Source: Candidatus Thorarchaeota archaeon (lineage in GTDB: Archaea > Asgardarchaeota > Thorarchaeia > Thorarchaeales > Thorarchaeaceae). Taken from it: a stretch of 10,985 nucleotides of DNA. The notes below the pieces were generated by a model. That model did not search any database and was not told where the DNA came from. It saw only the letters and a program-made list of their open reading frames with translations. The stretch is taken from the NCBI GenBank assembly GCA_016840855.1, contig JAEORO010000028.1, positions 1-10,985 on the forward strand, in the 5' to 3' direction. The position numbers were made by a program, and so were the translations under genes. The stretch's first letter is position 1, and the number at the start of each line of letters is the position of its first letter. Positions 6,063 through 10,985 of the stretch are shown one piece after another.

Positions 6063-7595
6063 ATGCCTGTAGTGGTTGATGGTGAGAGTCTCACTATAGA
6101 AGATGTCGTACAAGTCGCGCGATACAAAGAGCCCGTAGTTTTGCATGAGTCAGCAATCCCTCGAATCAAGAGGAGTCGTTCAGTCGTTGAAAATGCAATC
6201 AAAACGGGCAATGTTGTTTATGGAGTTAACACTGGTTTTGGAGACCTCTCTGATGTGTCCATCAACAAGGATGATTTGGCTCGTCTTCAAGTCAACCTGA
6301 TCCGTAGCCATAGCGCGGGAGTGGGTCCGCCATTCTCAAAAGAAGTCGTTCGGGGTATGATGCTTCTAAGAGCAAATGCGCTAACAAAAGGATACTCTGG
6401 AGTTCGTCCAGAAGTCATTGAAACTCTGATTGAGATGCTGAATAAGGATGTAATCCCAGTTGTTCCACAGCAAGGCTCTGTTGGGTCTAGTGGTGATCTA
6501 GCTCCCCTCGCTCATATGGCCTTGGTCCTCATTGGTGAGGGTGAAGCATACATCTCTGAGAAAATTGTAAGCGGTGGAGAAGCCTTACGTAAGGCTGGAA
6601 TCAAACCTCTTGTGTTACAGGCTAAAGAAGGCGTGGCATTGATTAATGGAACTCAACCAATGAGTTCAGTCGGTGTCATCACTGTTTATGATTCATTGAA
6701 ACTGATTCATGATGCAACTATTGCATCTTCATTGAGTCTAGAAGCACTACGTGGAAGTCGTGCGGCTTCTGATGAAAGACTCCACTCGATTCGACCACAC
6801 GAAGGACAGATAGATGTTGCCGCAGCTCAAAGGAAGATACTTCTAGATAGTGAGATCAATCAGTCTCATGCTGATTGTGGAAAAGTGCAAGATGCATACT
6901 CCTTACGGTGCATTCCCCAAGTATTTGGAGCATCATTGGATACTATAAGATACGTCTATAGCGTTTTAGAAACTGAAATTAATTCAGCCACTGATAATCC
7001 TCTGGTGTTTGGGGAAGATGGAGTCGTGATATCGGGAGGTAACTTCCATGGACAACCTGTTGCCCTAGCTATGGACTTCCTAGGCATTGCAATTTCTGAA
7101 ATCGCTAGCATTGCTGAAAGAAGAATCAATCGCTTGTTAAATCCGCACTTGAGTGAATTACCTGCTTTCCTAACCACCGAGAGTGGTCTTGAATCTGGTA
7201 TGATGATTGCACAATATACAGCTGCTGCTTTAGTATCAGAAAACAAGGTGCTTGCTCATCCAGCAAGTGTTGATTCGATTCCAACAAGTGCAGATCAAGA
7301 GGACCATGTGAGCATGGGAACAATTGCAGCTCGAAAAGCCGCAAACATTCTTGAAAACACTCGAAATGTTATTGCTATCGAGTATATGTGCGCCTGTCAA
7401 GGTATAGATTTTCTTGCTCCTCTAAAACCCTCAGAACCCCTTTACGAAGCCTACAAGACTATTCGTAATCTGATACCAAAACTCGAGGATGATAGACCTT
7501 TGTCACCAGACATCTCTAGAATATTGGAACTTATGAAATCTGGCGAGATTATAGCTTCAGTCGAGTCCATATCAGGCCCTATCTATGAGAACTAG
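6063..7595 (+). CDS. hutH: Histidine ammonia-lyase
   Basis: VYGVNTGFG, LIRSH (HAL-type Ser-His), GSVGSSGDLAPLAH (MIO site), LINGTQ, QDAYSLRC, SGGNFHGQP, QEDHVSMG. ATG 6063 follows GGTGG (6053-6057) and is preferred over the TTG at 6051. Confidence 0.95.
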   Translation: MPVVVDGESLTIEDVVQVARYKEPVVLHESAIPRIKRSRSVVENAIKTGNVVYGVNTGFGDLSDVSINKDDLARLQVNLIRSHSAGVGPPFSKEVVRGMMLLRANALTKGYSGVRPEVIETLIEMLNKDVIPVVPQQGSVGSSGDLAPLAHMALVLIGEGEAYISEKIVSGGEALRKAGIKPLVLQAKEGVALINGTQPMSSVGVITVYDSLKLIHDATIASSLSLEALRGSRAASDERLHSIRPHEGQIDVAAAQRKILLDSEINQSHADCGKVQDAYSLRCIPQVFGASLDTIRYVYSVLETEINSATDNPLVFGEDGVVISGGNFHGQPVALAMDFLGIAISEIASIAERRINRLLNPHLSELPAFLTTESGLESGMMIAQYTAAALVSENKVLAHPASVDSIPTSADQEDHVSMGTIAARKAANILENTRNVIAIEYMCACQGIDFLAPLKPSEPLYEAYKTIRNLIPKLEDDRPLSPDISRILELMKSGEIIASVESISGPIYEN

Positions 7596-8866
7596 GGTCC
7601 TAGCTTTGAATGGACCACTTCCCCGTTCGAAATGACGGTGTGGATCAAGTCAACGCCAAACCTCCAAGTCAGGTATTCAGGATTGGGACAGTCAAGGATG
7701 AGAATATCAGCCGCTTTACCTACTTCAATACTGCCATGGGTGTCCCCTCTATCCAATGCATGTGCAGCATTGATGGTGACTGCGGAGAGGGCTTCTCTAG
7801 GCGTCATCTTCATTTTGTAGCATGAAAGAGCAATCGTGAAGAAAAGCGACTCATTTGCGCAATTTGGATTAAAATCAGTAGCAAGAGCAACAGGCAATCC
7901 CATTTCTATCATCTTTCTAGCGTCGGCATATTTGGTATCAAGACTGAATGCTGTAGCAGGTAGTAGCGTTGCAATAGTGCCTGCTTTCAGCATAGATTCA
8001 AGCCCGTCATCTGATGCCATTAAAAGGTGGTCTGCTGAAACTGCACCCACTTCTGCTGCAAGAGATGCGCCCCCAAGTTGTACTATCTCATCTGCATGAA
8101 CCTTTAGCTTCAATCCCTTCCTTTTCGCAGCAAGTAGAATGTTCTTTGACTGCTCGATATCAAAGACTCCCTGTTCACAGAAGACATCGCAGAACTCTGC
8201 CAGTCCATGCTGTGTAACAGCAGGAAGCATCTCATTAATGACCAAATCCACATAGGCATCAGTTCTCTCCTCATATTCTGGCGGTATGGCATGTGCTCCC
8301 AGGAATGTTGACACTAGATTGATTGGCAGCATCTCTCGCAAATCGGTAACAGCTTTGAGCATCTTGAGTTCATTGCTTGTATCAAGACCATAGCCGCTCT
8401 TTGCTTCAATAGTAGTGCTCCCCATACTCAACATGCCTTCAGCAAAGGAAAATGCGTTCCTAACCAACTCACCCTGACTTGCTGCTCTTGTTGACCGCAG
8501 AGTGCTCAGAATCCCTCCACCAGACTCAAGAATCTCAAGATAGGATTTTCCTGCAAGTTTCATTGCAAAGTCATTCTCCCTAGACCCTCCGAAGGCTAGG
8601 TGCGTGTGACTATCAATGAAGCCTGGCGTGGCCAACATTCCTGGAAACTCAATCTCAGGAAGTCTTGGCGCTTCAGTGACATGTGCAAGAACCTCTGTGG
8701 TTGGCCCAACAGCCAATATCTTTCCATCCTTGATTGCTATGGCGCCATTCTCCACAATAGAAACGTCACTCATCTGTGCTCCAGTCTTTGGAGATTCACT
8801 ATGTCCTGCTAATGTGGCCACCTGACCGATATTTGTAAGGAGAAGATCTGGTTTCATTTTCGACAC
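7592..8866 (-). CDS. hutI: Imidazolonepropionase
   Basis: Amidohydrolase metal motifs PGFIDSHTH, KVHADEI, ADHL, ATDFNP, plus HutI-specific GKSYLEILESGGGI, EAKSGYGLD, FLGAHAIP, FCDVFCE. Start is GTG 8866 or ATG 8857. Confidence 0.96.
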   Translation of the reverse strand: MSKMKPDLLLTNIGQVATLAGHSESPKTGAQMSDVSIVENGAIAIKDGKILAVGPTTEVLAHVTEAPRLPEIEFPGMLATPGFIDSHTHLAFGGSRENDFAMKLAGKSYLEILESGGGILSTLRSTRAASQGELVRNAFSFAEGMLSMGSTTIEAKSGYGLDTSNELKMLKAVTDLREMLPINLVSTFLGAHAIPPEYEERTDAYVDLVINEMLPAVTQHGLAEFCDVFCEQGVFDIEQSKNILLAAKRKGLKLKVHADEIVQLGGASLAAEVGAVSADHLLMASDDGLESMLKAGTIATLLPATAFSLDTKYADARKMIEMGLPVALATDFNPNCANESLFFTIALSCYKMKMTPREALSAVTINAAHALDRGDTHGSIEVGKAADILILDCPNPEYLTWRFGVDLIHTVISNGEVVHSKLGP

Positions 8867-8941
8867 ACAGCCTTGAGATACAGGTATTCTGTTTCGGATT
8901 TTCTAGCAATAAATCAGACGGATTAATTAGGAACTATCGTT

Positions 8942-8954
8942 CGAAACGCATAAG
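8942..8954 (+). promoter_or_regulatory. Possible archaeal BRE/TATA-like promoter for the PRTase-cgi121 unit
   Basis: CGAAACGCATAAG, a purine-rich BRE-like CGAAA followed by a weak TATA-like CATAA, about 22 nt upstream of ATG 8976. Confidence 0.25.
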
Positions 8955-8975
8955 GTAGAACTGGAGTGCGTCATA

Positions 8976-9557
8976 ATGGAATATCTGATTCTCAGTTGGC
9001 AAGATGTGTATAACCTCACCCTTCAACTGTCTGAAAGAATTGTGAATAGCGGTTTTGTTCCAGATGTCATCATTGGAATCGCTAGAGGTGGATGGATTCC
9101 AGCGCGGATTCTCTCTGACGTACTTTATGCAAGCGCATTACAGAACATTCGGATTGAGTACTACACTGATGTAGGCGCCAGAGGAAAGGAGCCCCAAATC
9201 ACACAGCCTCTGACAGGGTCAATGGCGAATAAGAAAGTTCTCTTGGTTGATGAAGTTTCAGATACTGGTGATACTCTCCATCATGCAATTGAACATGTCG
9301 AGGGTCTTGGCGCAGCTGCTGTTCGGTCAGCAGTGCTCCATTATAAACCAACATCTATCGTTAAACCCGACTATTTCATGGTTGAAACAACTAGTTGGAC
9401 CGTTTATCCGTGGGAGCACCGAGAATCAATTATAGCGCTCGTAAAGATTTTCAAATCAGAAGACAAGTCTCTTACAATGAAAGAAATTCGGGACAAACTT
9501 GTGTTTGATGTTGGATTTGAGCCAACTGTTGCAGACTACTTCATCAGCCGATTATGA
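8976..9557 (+). CDS. Type I phosphoribosyltransferase, archaeal purine (hypoxanthine/guanine/xanthine) PRT-like
   Basis: PDVIIGIARGGWIPARILSD, PRPP-binding loop VLLVDEVSDTGDTL, KPDY..W..YPWE. GGAG SD. Confidence 0.9.
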   Translation: MEYLILSWQDVYNLTLQLSERIVNSGFVPDVIIGIARGGWIPARILSDVLYASALQNIRIEYYTDVGARGKEPQITQPLTGSMANKKVLLVDEVSDTGDTLHHAIEHVEGLGAAAVRSAVLHYKPTSIVKPDYFMVETTSWTVYPWEHRESIIALVKIFKSEDKSLTMKEIRDKLVFDVGFEPTVADYFISRL

Positions 9558-10153
9558 TGCGAGGTCAGCCTATGCGAATAGAGCAACTTGGAAATGAAGA
9601 CAAAAACATGGTCATCGGAATCTCAGAATTTCATAACTCAAACAATCTGAAACAAGAGGAACTGATTCAGCTTGCTGCATCTCTCTCTAATGATGCAATC
9701 ACAGTCCAGCTACTTAATGGAAGATTAATCGCTAATGAGATCCATCTACTAGCAGCAGTACAAAACGCACTCAATGCACAGCATGGAGAATACATGCTCT
9801 CTAGAAGCCTGGATGTTGAAATCATCATTTTCGCTTCTGCTCAGAGGCAGATTGGAAAAGCACTTGATGCACTAGGAGTCTATGATGGTCTTGATGAGAT
9901 AGCTGTAGTGGTTGTGGGATTTGATGTCGCATCCGTAGAGAAAATACTTCTAGACCTATCGAAGCAAATCGGAAAGGAAATTCTCCCGCCATTTCCAGCC
10001 TCAAATGAACGAGTAGCGCGAATCAAGGATCATTATCAGATAAATGACAAAGAAATCAATACAATCTCGGAATCAAAAGCTATAGAATCTAGGTTATCTG
10101 CCCTCTCTCGTTGTATAGTAAGCCGAGTGTCACTTGTAGCAATTGACTCATGA
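9554..10153 (+). CDS. cgi121: KEOPS complex subunit Cgi121
   Basis: VQLLNGRLIA..HLLAAVQNAL..SRSLDVEIIIFASAQRQIGKALDALG is the Cgi121/TPRKB signature. ATGA overlap with the PRTase; alternative start is ATG 9572 after GAGGT. Confidence 0.88.
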   Translation: MMRGQPMRIEQLGNEDKNMVIGISEFHNSNNLKQEELIQLAASLSNDAITVQLLNGRLIANEIHLLAAVQNALNAQHGEYMLSRSLDVEIIIFASAQRQIGKALDALGVYDGLDEIAVVVVGFDVASVEKILLDLSKQIGKEILPPFPASNERVARIKDHYQINDKEINTISESKAIESRLSALSRCIVSRVSLVAIDS

Positions 10154-10163
10154 GCCAGTTCTA

Positions 10164-10712
10164 CTAGTACATATCATCCCGCATAGTCATTATTGAGAGA
10201 ATGTCAATTTTCTCATCAAGAACAGAAAGACCTGTCCACTCTCCCACAATTTCCACAAGTACAGTTTTGTCAGGGTCACTCAAGTTGACTTTTCGAGGTA
10301 TGACTGCGGCCACTGCTGTAACTACATCCATATTCTCAAGTTCAGTATGTCTGCGCTTTACAGTCACACGAAAACTCTCTTCCTCACTGATTTTTGGAAG
10401 GAGTCTTTGAGTAGCCTCGACAATGCTAGTAATCTCCGAGTTGACACATTCTTCTAACGGAGTAAAACGAATAGCGAAACGAAACTGGTACGGATTTTCT
10501 ATAGCAAACTCTTTGAGTTGATGAATGACCTCAAAGGGATTGAGTGATGTTCTACAAGCTAATAGTCCAGATACTGGTGTTCGAGATATCTTAAGTTCCG
10601 AGTCTGCCAACAAATCGCCGATAAAGTATCTAATCTCAGATATTGCAGCTTTCTCCCGATCTCTTGGACATGCTACAAGCAGATTGTAATCTTGCAGTCT
10701 AGCTCGCCTCAC
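10164..10712 (-). CDS. Stand-alone THUMP-domain protein (Tan1/THUMPD1-like)
   Basis: NLLVAC..E..A..E N-terminal ferredoxin-like part, then SFRVTVKRRH and KVNLSDPDKTVLVEIVG THUMP motifs. No catalytic domain. GTGA overlap with the upstream gene; tandem TAG TAG stop. Confidence 0.9.
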   Translation of the reverse strand: MRRARLQDYNLLVACPRDREKAAISEIRYFIGDLLADSELKISRTPVSGLLACRTSLNPFEVIHQLKEFAIENPYQFRFAIRFTPLEECVNSEITSIVEATQRLLPKISEEESFRVTVKRRHTELENMDVVTAVAAVIPRKVNLSDPDKTVLVEIVGEWTGLSVLDEKIDILSIMTMRDDMY

Positions 10713-10984
10713 ATGTCTGGTTCGATGATCCGCGTGCTCCAGAGTCTCAATGCATCAATATCCACTTTCAAGTTGTCCTCTATTTGGGAGATCGGTAATG
10801 CTCCAACTCTGTAGATCTTTATGTTGAGAGGTTGACCCTCAACTTCAGCTGGTTCAATCCCTATTATAGTTGAGTTTTCTTGAGCAGATGAAGGTCCACC
10901 ATCTATGTACAGATCCACCTCATCACCAAGCTGCTCTAATGCGACGGACAATTCAAATGGACTGGGTCCACCGCTTCGGTTTGC
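10709..10984 (-). CDS. L-threonylcarbamoyladenylate synthase (TsaC/YrdC/Sua5 family), 3' part only
   Basis: The frame is open to the window edge: ANRSGGPSPFELSVALEQLGDEVDLYIDGG..STII..IYRVGAL, matching the (S)ANxSG, DGG, STI and RxG motifs of the YrdC domain. Confidence 0.88.
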   Translation of the reverse strand, partial: ANRSGGPSPFELSVALEQLGDEVDLYIDGGPSSAQENSTIIGIEPAEVEGQPLNIKIYRVGALPISQIEDNLKVDIDALRLWSTRIIEPDM

Positions 10985-10985
10985 A

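Noticed and set aside
6063-7595. Phenylalanine/tyrosine ammonia-lyase or aminomutase assignment because of the non-ASG motif
   Set aside because: The Ser-His specificity motif (LIRSH) and the flanking hutU/hutI support histidase.
4814-10410. Short ORFs nested in or antisense to hutU, hutH, hutI, the PRTase and THUMP
   Set aside because: All overlap well-conserved genes and show no recognisable motifs.
1-10985. CRISPR array, tRNA/rRNA, transposase or integrase, defence system
   Set aside because: No repeat-spacer array, cloverleaf or mobile-element motifs were seen, and nearly all sequence is explained by CDSs.

Overview
A gene-dense archaeal chromosomal window. The evidence is KEOPS Cgi121, a Tan1-like THUMP protein and GGTG/GGAG/GAGGT Shine-Dalgarno sites; an Asgard/Thorarchaeia-like origin is my inference from gene style, not proven. 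Left part (1-3827): a 5'-truncated WD40 beta-propeller gene and a VOC/glyoxalase-fold gene. These are followed by two paralogous small winged-helix regulators flanking a Cys-rich [4Fe-4S]-domain protein, then a hypothetical gene. Middle (3928-8866): histidine utilisation genes, with a long-form urocanase hutU and hutH on + and hutI convergent on -; no formiminoglutamate-step gene lies in the window. Right (8976-10985): a purine-type phosphoribosyltransferase and cgi121 on +, converging on a THUMP gene and the 3' end of a TsaC/YrdC gene. I see no RNA genes, CRISPR or mobile elements. The most intriguing part is the uncharacterised wHTH / Fe-S protein / wHTH module, in which both regulators have an inverted repeat overlapping their ribosome-binding site. 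It is a hypothesis-level candidate, not a demonstrated new system.
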